A stretch of 64,000 bases of DNA from Chiloscyllium plagiosum (GCF_004010195.1 NC_057740.1:14155771-14219770), one strand, 5' to 3'. Positions 1-14,000 are shown, numbered from the stretch's first letter. Notes: generated by a model from the letters alone, not told the origin. Translations and numbers: made by a program.

Positions 1-620
1 CTTGGCCTGCTGCAATGTTCCAGTGAAGCTCAACGCAAACTGGAGGAACAGCATCTCATCTTCCAACTAGGCACGTTACAGCCTGCCGGTCTCAACATTC
101 AATTCAACAACTTCAGATGATTATCCCATCTTGACCCCTCTGTTTTCATTCTGCTCCGTAATTTTATTTCATTTATTTTCTTTATCCATTTTTAAAATTT
201 TTTTTCACTGTTCTGTAACTCAGATTGGCTCTCTTTCTCTCGTTCCCCACTCTCTCATCACCTTTTTCCTCTCCTCTTCCCCCTTTGCTACCCTTCTCCC
301 CTGTTTTCCATTTTGCCTCTGCTTCACCCATTCCCCCCCATCCCCCATATATTTTGTCACATAGCACTGGCTTCAGCCATGGTCATTCACAGCTCCTAAT
401 CTCCCTATAATCTCTCTATGCACTGTCATTATCACCTCTTTATTGCTACCTTTGCTTCTGGAGCCATGACTCACCTTCTCTCAGCCGCGGATAAATACCT
501 CCCTATTTCTCCCTTTTTTTAGCTTTGACAAAGGGTCAGTTAGATTTGAAATGTCAGCTCTTTTCTCTCCTTACAGATGCTGTCAGACCTGCTGAGATTT
601 TCCAGCATTTTTCTCTTTTG
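1..620 (+). mobile_element. Penelope-like element (Neptune-type) 3' end
   Basis: LGLLQCSSEAQRKLEEQHLIFQLGTLQPAGLNIQFNNFR* (GIY-YIG C-terminus), then pyrimidine-rich UTR and degenerate terminal repeat. Confidence 0.75.
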
Positions 621-1355
621 ACATCTGAGAATACATACTACTAAGCCTTCAATGAATACAACCTTAGTTTTTGTAATCTCTCACCATAAATTAACCCTTG
701 GCACCATTCTCGGAAATTTATACTGCAGTCCTGTCAAGATCAACATGTCCTTCCTAAATTGAGGTGACCAGATTTGAATATTACTTCAGGTGTGGTCTAG
801 CCAGAGCTCTGCGCAGCTATGATTTCTAACCTCTTGTTTTCTAAGGACTCTAGATGTAAAGCCAGCACTTCCTCAGAATTTTTGATTCGTCTTTGTACCT
901 GTCCAAACATTTTAATAACTTGAATGTATAGACCCTAAGTTTTTTGGAGCTTTCATTGCTTTCAGAATTTTCACCATTTAGAATGCATTCTGTTCTACTC
1001 TGTTTGAATCCAAAGAGGAGTCCTTCTATTCCATCCAGGCCCCTCATAATTTTAGACACCTCAATCAAATTAAATTAATCTCCTCAGCCTCCTCTCTCCA
1101 AAGAGAAAACATGCCCAGCCTTTCTACTCTTCCTCATGGCTAAAGTTCTCCAGCTCTGATAATGTCCTCATATATCTCCTCCAGTACAAGCACATCCTTC
1201 TGTGATCCAAACAGTGAGCTGTACTTTAGCTGTGACCGAACAAGCACTTTAAACCTCGCAAGCATCCCTGTTCTTATGTTCTATGACTTGGCTAATAAGT
1301 TAAAGTACCTTGTATGCCTTCTTAACTATTTCTTTTAACCTGCCCTAATATCTTT

Positions 1356-2600
1356 ATGAAGGGGAAATCATGCCACATAAATTTATTATTGACCTTTGAG
1401 AAGGTGACAAGCAGGATTGATAAGGGGGCATCAATAGATGCATTATATTTGGATTTCCAAAAGGCATTCAATAAGATACTGCATATTAGGCTACTTAACA
1501 AGATAAGAGCCCATGGTGTTGGAGGTAGCATATTAGCATTGCTAGAGGATTGGTTAACTAAAAGGTGTTAGAGAGTTGGGATAAAGGAAGCAATTTCAGA
1601 ATGACATCCTGTAACTGATGGAATGCCACAGAGGTTAGTTCCAGGGCCACAATTATTTACAAAATATATGAAGTATTTGGATGAGGGAAGTGAATGTACT
1701 ATTGCCACATTTGTTGATGACACATAAATAGACATAAAGACAAGAGGTGAGGATGACGCAGACTCGACAGAAGGATCCAGACAAATTAAGTGATTGGACA
1801 AAAACTTGACAGGTAAATTATAATATGTGGAAATGTGAGGTTAAGTACTTTGGCAGGAAGAAAAGAAGAGTTGAATATTATTTAAATGTGTAAAGACAAC
1901 AGACAGCAGCAGCACAGAGGAATTTGGGGTCCTAGTTCATGAATCACAAGAAGTTAGCATCCAAGTTCAGTGGATAATAGGGAAGATAAATATACTGTTG
2001 GCCCTTATTGCAAAGGGAGAAATATGAAAATAGGGAGGTCTTACTATACAGGGCACTAATCATACTACACGTGGGATACTATGAGCATTTTGGTTCCCTT
2101 ATGTATGGAAAGATATACTAGCATTGGAGGCAGTGCTAAGGTTTACTGGGTTGATTTCAGTTTTGGTGGGATTTTCTTATGAGGAAAAGTTGAGTTTATT
2201 AGGCTTATACTCATTGGACTTTAGAAGAATGACCTTACTGAAATATACAAGATTCTTGGGTCAGAGTTGAGGCGGGGGGGGGGGGGGGGCGGTGCAGCAG
2301 CGGTGAGTGTTTTGAAAGGTCTCCTCACTGATTTCAGACAGAGATGAGGATTTTTTTCTCTTAGAGGGTAATGAATCTGTGGAATTCTTCATCACTGAGG
2401 ACTGTAGGGGCTGGGTCATTAAGTATTTTCAAGGCTGTTGTAGGCAGTATTTAATCAATAAGGAAATTAAGCATTATGGGGATAAGGTAGGAAAGTAGAG
2501 TTGAGGATTATCAGATCAGCCACAATCTAACTGAGTGGTGGAGCAGACTTGATGGGCCAAAAGGCCTACTTCAGCTACTAGGCCTTACAGTCTCTTTTGA
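1356..2600 (+). mobile_element. Decayed CR1-type LINE RT and 3' end
   Basis: LYLDFQKAFNKI, RLLNKIRAHGV, FVDDT (FADDT) with stops and frameshifts; further decayed CR1 pieces on the minus strand at ~680-1350 and plus strand at ~3110-3320. Confidence 0.85.
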
Positions 2601-3616
2601 TTGAGCTTTATTTACCACTTTGTCCAACGGACCAATCAATTTATGTTTTCCTGAGGCCTGCACCTTTCTTCTTCTCCTATCTAATGGACTGTGATGTTGA
2701 ACTGGTAAATGTTCCTTTGTTTTTCTACCTTATAGTAAGAAGGATTGTAATGTTTAACTTTTTTCAAACTTTATTTTCCTTATTTTCATGCTTTGTATCT
2801 AAGATTCTGTCCCTTTATATCTTTGTACATAAGATGGTGCCTTAAGTGGCGACTTGCAAACTTTTCACTGTACTCATAAGTACATGTGACAATAAATCTA
2901 ATTTAATTCAATTAATCACTTGACTAAACTGGGATTTTCTTCGTCCATACCGCACTGATGCATTTACTTATTGAGTCAATAGTGGGCAATGGGCTGCAAA
3001 ATTATTGGCTTTATGGTTAGCTAATGTATCAGCTTGGCTCCATTGATGGCAGTCTTGAGGCAGAAAGTCATGGGTTCACGACCCACTCAAGAATATAAAG
3101 TGCAGTCTAGCCTGGCATTACTGAAAGAGGGCTTAATTAAATATGTAAAGACAACAGACAGATGCAGCACAGAGGGATTTGGTGACCTGGTGTGTGAATC
3201 ACAAAAAGTTAGCATCCAAGTTGCGTGGATAATGGGGAAGGCAAATAGACTGTTGGTTTTTATTTCAAAGGGAGAAGTATGAAAATGGGGAGGTCTTACT
3301 AAAACTATACAAGGCACTAGTCATTTGGATGAGATATTAAACTGATATTCTGTCAGCTGTTTCAAGGTACATTAAATATACCATAGGACACAGGAGTGTC
3401 CTGCAAAGCAATATTTCCATCCTCCTCCTGTACATTCCCCAAAACGAAACAACTTAGTAAGTCAGGCCTGTCATTCTTTCTTTCTATTGCGACTCCGTAT
3501 CAATGCTGTTATGTTCATTGAGACAAGATAATGTGCAATACAATACAATGGGCCTTGCTGATGTTATATAAATGTACATTGGCTGTTTAGAAAGTGACAA
3601 TGGAGTGATTGCTTAC

Positions 3617-3751
3617 CCTTAGTTTCTGCAGGCCACTCAGCCTGGTGTACAGGCACTTATCTGGATAGTCAAAATTCTTGATGGTGAAGAGGATGCTGCC
3701 TGTTTCCTCAGGGCATTCTTTGTTTGTGTGTTTGAGATCTACGTCCAAGTC
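3617..3751 (-). CDS. Paracaspase Ig3 exon (135 nt, penultimate)
   Basis: tgtag|DLDVDLKHTNKECPEETGSILFTIKNFDYPDKCLYTRLSGLQKLR|gtaagc; matches MALT1 ...PEETGS...CLYTRLSSLQKL. Confidence 0.94.
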
Positions 3752-4524
3752 CTACAATTCAAATAGTTCAAAAGGAAAATCATTTAGAGCAACAGCACTT
3801 TGCCTTTAAATGGGATCATCCCATTAATGTAGCATCAAAACATAGAAATGGCAACATTTCAGATTTGCTATTTATTGCATTTTACTCCCATCATTCTTCT
3901 GACAATGCTGACTCTCTTACTGAGGTGCAGTTAATCTGTAACTCTGTTACTTCATGGCTAATCCTCAGGACCTCAGGCACTATATTTTACTGTCAATGGG
4001 ATCAATGGATAGCAAAGAGGGGCAGAAACTCAGTCTCATATTTTCTCTGTCTAATCCAAAAGCATTGAAGCCAACAATAATCTCAGTCTGCTCCAACAGA
4101 GCAGCTACCTCGGCATAGACTATGGATCAATCTTGAATGTGGTTATCAGTGCAGCCAGGAACTATGTACCTGTTAGGCTCCTGGGAGAATGAGGAAAGTA
4201 CACGCTTCCTAAAAAAGACAGGGACTGAGGACAAATTTTCAGACTGGTAATTGTCTTTAGTCCCTCTGTACTCTGGTTCATCTCTCAGTAGCACCAAGGT
4301 AAAAAGAGGTAAAGGTCATCTCTAAATAATTATTATAGTAATTGTGCACACCTGAAAGTTGGATGCATAAGTTGTCACAAACTGTGAATACGACGTGATC
4401 ATTCTTGGTATGGAAACCTACCTCCTCACCAATATTGGAGTAACGTCCATTCTCGAAATCACCCATAACCAACAACAAAATATTTGATTTGAGCTGCCTC
4501 TTAATTCCTTCCACAGAAGTGAAG

Positions 4525-5930
4525 CGGGCTGAGATAAAAGGTAGGGGGGAGGGAATTTGGGGGAGGGGCGCTGGGAATACGATAGGTGGAAGGAGGTGAG
4601 GGTGAGGGTGATAGGCCGGAGAGGGGGTGGGGGCGGAGAGGTCGGGAAGAAGATTGCAGGTNNNNNNNNNNNNNNNNNNNNNNNNNNNNNNNNNNNNNNN
4701 NNNNNNNNNNNNNNNNNNNNNNNNNNNNNNNNNNNNNNNNNNNNNNNNNNNNNNNNNNNNNNNNNNNNNNNNNNNNNNNNNNNNNNNNNNNNNNNNNNNN
4801 NNNNNNNNNNNNNNNNNNNNNNNNNNNNNNNNNNNNNNNNNNNNNNNNNNNNNNNNNNNNNNNNNNNNNNNNNNNNNNNNNNNNNNNNNNNNNNNNNNNN
4901 NNNNNNNNNNNNNNNNNNNNNNNNNNNNNNNNNNAGCGGAGAGGTTGGGAAGAAGATTGCAGGTCAAGAGGGCGGTGCTGAATCCGGGGTTTGGGACTGA
5001 GATAAGGTGCGGGGAGGGAAATGAGGAAGCTGGAGAAATCTACATTCATCCCGTGTGGTTGGAGGGTTCCTAGGCGAAAGATGAGGCGCTCTTCCTCCAG
5101 GTGTCATGTGGCCAGGGTCTGGCGATAGAGAAGGCCAAGGGCCTGCATGTCCTTGGCGGAGGGGGAGTTAAAGTGTTCAGTCACGGGGTGGTTGGGTTGG
5201 TTGGTGCAAGTGTCCCAGAGGTGTTCCCTGAAACGTTCCACAAGTAGGCGGCCTGTCTCCCCAATGTAGAGGAGACCACATCAGGTGCAGCAGATACAGT
5301 AAATGGTGTGTGGAGGTGCAGGTGAATTTTCAACAGATATGGAAGGATCCATTGGCGCCTTGGAAGGAGGTGTGGGCACAAGTTTTGCACTTCTTGTGGT
5401 TGCAGGGGAAGGTGCCGGGAGTGGAGGTTGGGCTTGTGGGGGGTGTGGACCTGACGAGGGAGTCGCAGAGGGAGTGGTCTCTCCGGAATGCTGATAGGGG
5501 TGGGGAGGGAAATATATCCCTGGTGGTGGGGTCTGTTTGGAGGTGACGGAAATGATGGAGGATGATACGATGTATCCGGAGGTTGGTGGGGTGTAAGGTG
5601 AGGACCAGTGGGGTTCTGTCCTAGTGGCGATTGAAGGGGCGGGGCTCAAGGGCAGAGGTGAAGGAAGTGGAGGAGATGCGGTGGAGAGCATCGTCGACCA
5701 TGTCGTAGGGGAAATTGCGGTCTTTGATTTTAGTTCTTCACCTTTCCCAAGTTCCCTCCCCCCTACCTTTTATCTCAGCCCACTTGGCACACCAGCCTCA
5801 TTCCTGAAGAAGGGATTATGCCCGAAACGTCGATTCTCCTGCTCCTCGGATGCTGCCTGGCCTGCTGTGTTTTTCCAGCAACACATTTTTCAACTCTGGT
5901 CTCCAGCATCTGCAGTCCTCACTTTCTCCT
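4525..5930 (-). mobile_element. Neptune-type PLE fragment with inverted terminal copy (contains N gap 4662-4934)
   Basis: Minus-strand GIY-YIG region (IYCICCT...); plus-strand terminal repeat ~5745-5930 with CTGAAGA..GCCCGAAACGTC. Confidence 0.85.
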
Positions 5931-6161
5931 GGGCTTGAAAGGCTAAACTAACTGAAGAAAAATGGAACAAGACTCCCTTCTACTCGAGTCTGACTCTGCT
6001 TCATTCTAATACCAGGTCAGAACCTAATGGTAGATTCAGGTCACATTTACATTATTATTGACTCATCAGTAAGAAACAAAATCATTTCACACTAACAGAG
6101 TAGTTGCATTGTGAATAACCTCATAAAACAGTGCTGTGGAGTGTCCTGTAAAGTTCCTTAC

Positions 6162-6319
6162 CTCTGAAAAATCAGCCAATCTAGCTTCACATTTAGTGAT
6201 GTCCTTCTGAGTTTGCTCTATTCTGGTATAAATAATCATAATGTTTGAAAATTCAGCTGCAAATCCCAGACGAACTGTGACTCCACATTCAAAATGCACA
6301 TACCTGCTCTCAGGAAGAG
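6162..6319 (-). CDS. Paracaspase Ig3 exon (158 nt)
   Basis: ALPESRYVHFECGVTVRLGFAAEFSNIMIIYTRIEQTQKDITKCEARLADFSE; GAG|gtaagg. Confidence 0.95.
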
Positions 6320-6750
6320 CTGGAAAGAGCAGAACGATAGCATAATGAACATTCTGATCTCATTTAGTTGACATTATTTCTCCTAAATCCTCAACCTCAC
6401 CCCTTGATATCTCCCTTTGGCATTGAGACTTATTGTAATTACATCACATACGTCCAACTCTTCACCTTTCCCAAACTGAGCATCTGAGGACAGGATACTG
6501 GGGAATAAATGCTTCTTGATAGCACTGTCACCAACACCTTCCATTATTCTGAAGATTTTTAAGAGTAGGTTTGTGGGGCAGTAACTGGATTTGTCCTGCT
6601 GGGCAATGGACATACCTGAGCAATGTCCCACATTGTCAGGTCGATACTAGAGCTACAGTAGTGCTGGTACAGGATGGCTGGAGGTGCAGCATAATTTGGA
6701 GCATAGGTCGAGAGCAAAATAGCTGAAATGTTCTTAGTGCCAGTCATCTT

Positions 6751-7035
6751 GTTGTGGTTCTGTTTGCCGAGCTGGGAATTTGTGTTGCAGACGTTTCGTC
6801 CCCTGTCTAGATGATATCCTCAGTGCTTGGGAGCCTCCTGTGAAGCACTTCTGTGATGTTTCCTCCTTCACTATAAATGCCGGAGGAAACATCACAGAAG
6901 TGCTTCACAGGAGGCTCCCAAGCACTGAGGATGTCACCTAGACAGGGGATGAAACGTCTGCAACACAAATTCCCAGCTCAGCGAGCAGAACCACAATAAT
7001 GAGCACCCGAGCTACAAATCTTCTCACAAACGTTG
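6751..7035. mobile_element. Poseidon-type PLE terminal fold-back insertion
   Basis: Inverted arms centred near 6875; GCCAGTCATCTT duplicated on both flanks; hammerhead core gcaCTGAGGA...GAAACGTCtgc. Confidence 0.8.
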
Positions 7036-7542
7036 GCCAGTCATCTTACTGTAGCTGGTGTATACAGCTGCTGCCAACATTTAATTTCAAGTCAACTAGG
7101 TGTCTTAAGGGCTTTTTTGTGGAGCAGTGGTAGTGTCCCAACCCATGGACCGGGAAGTCCAGGTTCTAGTCCCACCTGCTCCAGAGGTGTGTAATAACCT
7201 CTCCCAAAAGGTTGATTAGAAAAATAGGTCAAATAGGTGTCTTTGTCGCTGGAGACATCTGGAGGGAGACTGGGATAGATCACCCACTCAGCACTACTGG
7301 CTGAAGATAGCTGTAAAATTCTCAGCCTTGTTGGATTAGACCACAAGTGGGGATAGGAATGTTCATGGAGCCTCCAATGCCTGTAATTAATTAACTGACT
7401 ATGACCATTCTTGATTGGCAGGACATTGAGCTTTGATCTGACCCATTGATTGTGTAGTTATTTACTCATCGATTGTATCCTGTGGACAGAAGCACATGCA
7501 ACACAAAATGGAGCATTAACAGGAGTAAACACTCTTTCGTAC

Positions 7543-7692
7543 CATGAGCTTTGGCCCACTGCAGGTTCCTCGCTGAATATGCGTCCTGATGTTTGGGTGG
7601 TTTAATAAGATCTCTCAATGACCGTCTCTCTGACAGACTGCTGCGGATCTCCAATGCTTGTCTCCCCTTTGTAAGTTCACACTTCCCCATAT
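7543..7692 (-). CDS. Paracaspase exon (150 nt; caspase-Ig3 junction)
   Basis: DMGKCELTKGRQALEIRSSLSERRSLRDLIKPPKHQDAYSARNLQWAKAH; ttcag| and G|gtacga. Confidence 0.96.
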
Positions 7693-8725
7693 CTGAAATC
7701 ACAGGAGAAAAAGCGATTAATTGGGAAGTAAAAAACTATGAGGTAAACAGATACAGTGAACAGGAAGTATTGTTTATTATTGCACATAGGTTTAAAGTAA
7801 TTGATAGAAGGATTAGAGGGGATTTCAGAAGTTTTTTTACTCCATCAGGAAATGGGGTCAGGAATTCATTGCTTGTTAGGGAGGGTGAGGCCAAAACACT
7901 CATCACATTTAAAAAGTACTTAGGTATGCACTTGAAATGCTGTAACCTACAATGCTCTGCACAAGGTAGAAACTGGAATTAGCCGAATGGCTCTCTTTCA
8001 ACTAGCATAAAATGATGGGCCGAATGGTCTCTTCCTATACTGTAAATTTTTTATGGTTTTCTAGATACATACACAAAAGTTCCAAAGCAGATAAAGGTCA
8101 TTGGTGTAATGGTACTGTGTTAGATTTTGCCCTTTCTGCGACCAGACAATTTGAATCAAATTTTCCACTCTGCTCTCAAGAGTTCATCATCCTCTTTATT
8201 GTCACCTAGCTACTATCTAACAGTACCTATCTAATCTCATCTTGAATACTGACATAATATGGTGGAGGGATACTAGAAGAGAGTAATGATGCCAAATGCT
8301 GCATATAGGTCAAGAAAAGAGAAATTTTGCTCTTGTCACAGTCAGTTAGGATGTCATTTGGGACTTACATAAGAACCTTCAGTAAATGCTAAACACAGTA
8401 ATCTCTCATTCATACATAAGACCAGGTCTCTGTGACCATTAGCTTTAATCTGCCTACAAGTTTTCTCAGCTTTTGATGAAAGTTACCTGATCTATCCTCT
8501 CAAGTGAGTCATTTTGCACTGAGGGGCACTAAACTTCTGCATGTGTTCTGTTATATCACACCAAGAAAATCAGTTTCAAGACTAGGATGCAGAAGATAAA
8601 ATCAATAAAAACAAAAGAAAAACCAAAATGAGGAAACATGTCTTGTTTAACATCGGGGAGAAAATTATCAATATTTGAGGGGAATGAATGTAAATTGAAG
8701 TTAAACTGAACAATTACCAGAGGAA

Positions 8726-8900
8726 CAAAAACAAAAATTGCTGGAGAAACTCAGCAAGTCTGGAAGCATCAGTGAAGAGAAAGAAGATCACTCAATTTCC
8801 AAAGTTAACTCTTCTTTCTCTCCACAGATGTTACCAGATCTACAGAGCAATTTCTCCAGCAATTTCTGTTTTTCTTTCAGATCTTTAGTTCTTTGTTTTA
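8726..8900. mobile_element. Older PLE-terminus fold-back insertion
   Basis: Arms aaattgctggagaaa / tttctccagcaattt; TSD AATTACCAGAGGAA at 8712-8725 and 8901-8914. Confidence 0.7.
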
Positions 8901-8976
8901 AATTACCAGAGGAATACAAAATTATATGAAAATGAGCAGAATGGGAATTATTTCAAGTAGAAACTGATGGCAAGAG

Positions 8977-9285
8977 TAGATTAGATTTCCTACAGTGTGG
9001 AAACAGGCCCTTTGGCCCAACAAGTCCACACCGACCCTCCAAAGAGTAACCCACCAAGACCCATTCTCCTACTCTATATTTACCCCTGATTAATGCACCT
9101 AACACATGGGCAATTTAGCATGACCAATTCACGTGACCTGTACATCTTTGTGATTGTGGGAGGAAACCAGAAGAAACCCATACAGACACAGGGAGAATGT
9201 GCAAACTCCACACAGGTGGGAATCGAACCCAGGTCCCTGGCACTGTGAGGCAGCAGTGCTTACCACTGAGCTACAGTGTCACCCT
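8977..9285 (-). mobile_element. HE1-type tRNA-derived SINE
   Basis: tRNA-like head at the right end, CR1/HER1-like tail with (TCTAA)n at the left. Confidence 0.85.
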
Positions 9286-9799
9286 AGAGAAAGAGCTTTC
9301 TCTTTGGATCATGAAGATATAGGCCTGAAGTCTAGGCTGGGGGGCACGAAAGAAGATAATGCAGGATACTGCAAAACCTTCTCAGTGTCTCCAGCACTTT
9401 CTGTTCTAATTTCACACCTCCAGCATCTGCAGTAATGTGCTTTTATTTTACCCAAACCCTCATGCAGAGAGGTAGCAGCTGACGTTACTTATAGAGACTC
9501 AAAACAGATGAGAAATTCAACCTTAAAGATATTGTAATGGGGAAAGAGAGGATGAGGTGGGCAGGTTAACCAGAGTAAGTGAAACAGTGAAGCTTCCCAA
9601 AAAAAGCAGCATTGCTGCAAAGACAGGGAAAAGGCATGTCGTGGGCACTTCCTACTAAAATGGGAAGAGTAGTATTTTGGAAGAAAAAATCATTTACTAG
9701 TTTAAAGATTCAAAACACAAAAGCTCTGCTGAATATTTAAATGGACCACACCTGCTGCTGAAGTATAAGCAGCAGGAAGCAAGCCCCAAGTGAAGAAGG

Positions 9800-10160
9800 A
9801 TGAGAAGTGACTTGATAGAGGTTTACAAGATCATGAGAGGCATAGATACAGTGAATAGTCAGAAACTAGGGTAAAAATGGCTATCACAGGGGAGCATAAT
9901 TTTAAGGTGATTGGAGGAAGGTTGAGGTGAGATGTCAGAGGTCGGTTCTTTATACAGAGTGTGGGTGCAAGGAATTCACTGCCAGCGGTGGTAGTAGAGT
10001 CAGAGACATTAGGGACATTTAAGCGACTCTTGGACAGGCACACGGATGATAGTACAATGTAGGGTATTTAGCTTAGTTTGATCTTAGAGTAGGATAAAAG
10101 GTCTGCACAAATCGGGGGCTGAAGGGCCTGTACTATGCTGTATTGTTCTATGTTCTATAA
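9800..10160 (+). mobile_element. CR1/HER1 LINE 3' fragment
   Basis: Typical DLIEVYKIMRG end of ORF2 and tail ending (TTCTATG)n. Confidence 0.8.
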
Positions 10161-10729
10161 GTGTACTCCAAATTAATATCAATCATTTGAACAAGACACA
10201 GAACCTGTATGTGTAAAACTGTACCCGGGCACAGGAGGGCACCTGTGGAGGACAGCATGGATACCACAATTCTGGAAGAAACTGCTTCTCCTTCACTACA
10301 TCAGTGTCCACAGGGACACTCCAGAATCACCTCGTGAATCCTCAAAAACCCTTTCCTTTTTGCGTGGATAGGTCAAATCTAATTCAAAATCCGATTGGAA
10401 AATAAGGTCAGTAATGTTTATTATTCCTTCCCAAACAAACACCAATAATGGGGCACATCATCCAGTATCAGAAAAATAGACAGGCAGATTGTCCGACCCA
10501 GGCCAACCGGGAGGTGAGATATAACAATCTGGATAAGTACAGCGTGATCATGAAGGACAATTAAACATAATAGTAACAGCATTACAGGAACTTTGGGAGT
10601 CTGCAGGGTGGTGAGGAGGGAGTGAAATGACAACCTATTTAAACATATCCTGCTCGGTGTGGCTCAGTATCTGGTTGAACTTTGTCCTAATTACTGGGTG
10701 ATTTAAACTTTGTGTAAATACAGACTCAC

Positions 10730-10857
10730 CTTCTGCAACTTTATCCAGCAGGACCGTGATTTTTTCATCCTCCAATAAACGCTTTTTCAGGAAGTTGATG
10801 AAAATCCCATTGGTGAGCTCACTTTGGCTGATTTCATATGCTTCTGCATCAGGACAA
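10730..10857 (-). CDS. Paracaspase exon (128 nt)
   Basis: CPDAEAYEISQSELTNGIFINFLKKRLLEDEKITVLLDKVAE; ccag| and G|gtgagt. Confidence 0.96.
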
Positions 10858-11019
10858 CTGGAAAAGTTCATCAAGTACACGGCCACAGATCATCAACAAT
10901 CTCAAATAATGAACAATTCCACAGCCTTCTCATACAGAATGAGAATCAGAAAATGTGCGGATTCGGGTCTGATTGACGCAAATCACAAGACTTCATCACT
11001 GTTGGTGCCCATTACTTGT

Positions 11020-14000
11020 CCTTGTGCCTGGAACAGAAACACCACCTGCCCTGGTGTCTGGAACAGAAACACCACCTGTCCGAGTGTCTGAGATAGAAAC
11101 ACCATCTGTCCTGGTGTCTGAGACAAAAACACCACCTATCCTGGTGTCTGAAATAAAAACACTATCTGTCCAGGCATCTGAGATAGAAACACCACCTGTC
11201 CTGGTGTTTGAGATAGAAACACCACCTGTCCTGGTGTTTGAGATAGAAACACCACCTGTCCTGAAGTCTGAGATAAAAACACCACCTGTCCTGGTGTCTG
11301 AGACAGAAACACCACCTGCTGAAAATGTGTTGCTGGAAAAGCGCAGCAGGTCAGGCAGCATCCAAGGAACAGGAGAATCGACGTTTCGGGCATAAGCCCT
11401 TCTTCAGGGCAGGTGGTGTTCCTTGAAGAAACACCACCTGCCCTGATGTCTGAGATAGAAACACCACCTGTCCTGGTGTCTGAGAGAGAAACACCACCGG
11501 TCCTTGTGTCTGAGACAAAAACACCAGCTGTCCTGGTGTCTGAGATAAAAACACCACCTGTCCAGGCATCTGAGATAGAAACACCACTTGCCCTGGTGTC
11601 TGAGATAGAAACACCATCTGCACGGGTGTCTGAGACAGAAACACCACCTGTCCAGGTGTCTGAGATAAAAACACCAACTGTCCTGTGTCTGAGACAGAAA
11701 CACCACCTGTCCTGGTGTCTGAGACAGAAACACCACCTGTCCTGGTATTTAAGATAGAAACACCACCCGTCCTGGTGTCTGAGACAGAAACACCACTTGC
11801 CCTGGTGTCTGAGATAGAAACACCACGTGCCCTGGTGTTTGTGACAGAAACACCACCTGCCCTATTGTCTGAGATAGAAACACCACTTGCCCTGGTGTCT
11901 CAGATAGCAACACCACCCGTCCTGGTGTCTGAGATAGAAACACAAAGTGCCCTGGTGTCTGAGATAGAAACACCAACTGCCCTGGTGTCTGAGACAGAAA
12001 CACCACCTGCCCTGTTGTCTGAGATAGACACACCACTTGCCCTGGTGTCTGAGATAGAAACACCACCTGTCCTGGTGTCCGAGATAGAAACACCACCCGT
12101 CCTGGTGTTTGAGATAGAACCACCACTTGCCCTGGTGTCTGAGATAGAAATACCACCTGTCCCGGTGTCAGAGATAGAAACACCACATGTCCTGGTGTCT
12201 GAGACAGAAACAGCACCTGCCCAGGTGTCTGAGACAGAACCACCACTTGCCCTGGTGTCTGAGACAGAACCACCACTTGCCCTGGTGTCTGAGATAGAAA
12301 TAACACCTGTCCTGGTGTCAGAGATAGAAACACCACATGTCCTGGTGTCTGAGACAGAAACAGCACCTGTCCTAGTGTCTGAGACAGAAACACCACTTGC
12401 CCTGGTGTTTGAGATAGAAACATCACTGTCCTGGTATCTTAAACAGAAACACCACCTGTCCTAGTGACTGAGACAGAAACACCACCTGTTCTGGTGTCTG
12501 AGATAGAAACACCACTTGCCCTGGTCTCTGAGATAGAAACCCCACGTGCCCTGATGTCTGAGATAAAAACACCACTTGCCCTGGTGTCTGAGATAGAAAC
12601 ACTACTTGCATTGATGTCTGAGATAGAAACACCACCAGCCCTGGTGTCTGAGACAGAAACACCACCTGTCCAGGTATCTGAGATAGATAACCACTTGCAC
12701 TGATGTCTGAGATAGAAACACAAACTGTCCTGGTGTCTGAGATATAAACACTACCTGCCCTGGTGTCTGAGACAGAAACACCACCTGTCCTAGTGTCTGA
12801 GATATAAACACTACCTGCCCTGGTGTCTGAGACAGAAACACCACCTGTCCTGGTGACTGAGACAGAAACAACACCTGCTCAGGTATCTGAGATCGAAACA
12901 TCACCTGCCCTGATGTCTGAGATAGAAACAACTCCTGCCCTGCTGTCTGAGATAGAAACACCACCTGTCCTGGTGTCTGAGATAGAAACACCACCTGCCC
13001 AGGTGTCTGAGATAGAAACAACATATGCCCAGGCATCGGAGATAGAAACACCACCTGCCCTGGTGTCTGAGACAAAAACATCACCTATCCTAGTGTCTGA
13101 AATAAAAACACCACCTGTCCAGGCATCTGTGATAGAAACACCACCTGCCCTGCTGTCTGAGATAGAAACACCACCTGTCCTGGTGCCTGAGATAGAAACA
13201 CCACCTGCCCTGAAGTCTGAGACAGAAACACCACACATCCTGGTGTCTGAGGTAAAAACACCACCTGACCTGGTGTCTGAGATAGAAACACCACCTGTCC
13301 TGGTGTCCAAGATGGAAACACCACCCATCCTGGTGTCTGAGATAGAAACACCACTTTCCCTGGTGTCTGAGATAGAAACACCACGTGTCCTGGTGTCTGA
13401 TATAGAAATACTACTTGCGCTGGTGTCTGAATTAGAAACACCACCCGTTCTGGTGTTTGAGATAGAAACACCACTTGCCTAGTGTCTGAGATAGAAACAT
13501 CACCTGTCCTGGTGTCAGAGATAGAAACACCACATATCCTGGTTTCTGAGACAGAAACACCACTTGCCCTGGCATCTGAGATAGAAACACCACTTGCCCT
13601 GGTGTCTGAGACAGAAACACAACCTGTCCAGGTGTAAGAGATAGAAACACAATCTGTCCAGGTGTTTGAGATAGAAACACCACCTGCCCAGGTGTCTGAG
13701 ATAGAAACACCACCTGTCCAGGTGTCTGAGATAAAAACACCAGCTGTCCAGGTGTCTGAGATAGAAACACCACCTGTCCTGTTGTCAGAGATAGAAACAC
13801 CACCTGCCCTGGTGTCTGATTTAGAAACAACACATGCCCAGGTGCCTGAGATAGAAACACCACCTGTCCTGGTGTCTGAGATAAAAACACCACCGGTCCA
13901 GGCATCTGAGATAGAAACACCACATGCCCTGGTGTCTGAGATAGAAACACCATCTGCACGGGTGTCTGAGACAGAAACACCACCTTCACTGGGTCTGAGA

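Noticed and set aside
2270-2292. Poly-G run as a functional G-quadruplex
   Set aside because: Homopolymer inside a decayed CR1, with unreliable length.
7117-7225. tRNA gene
   Set aside because: A/B-box-like motifs are present, but I see no full cloverleaf and there are several diverged copies, so it is a SINE head.
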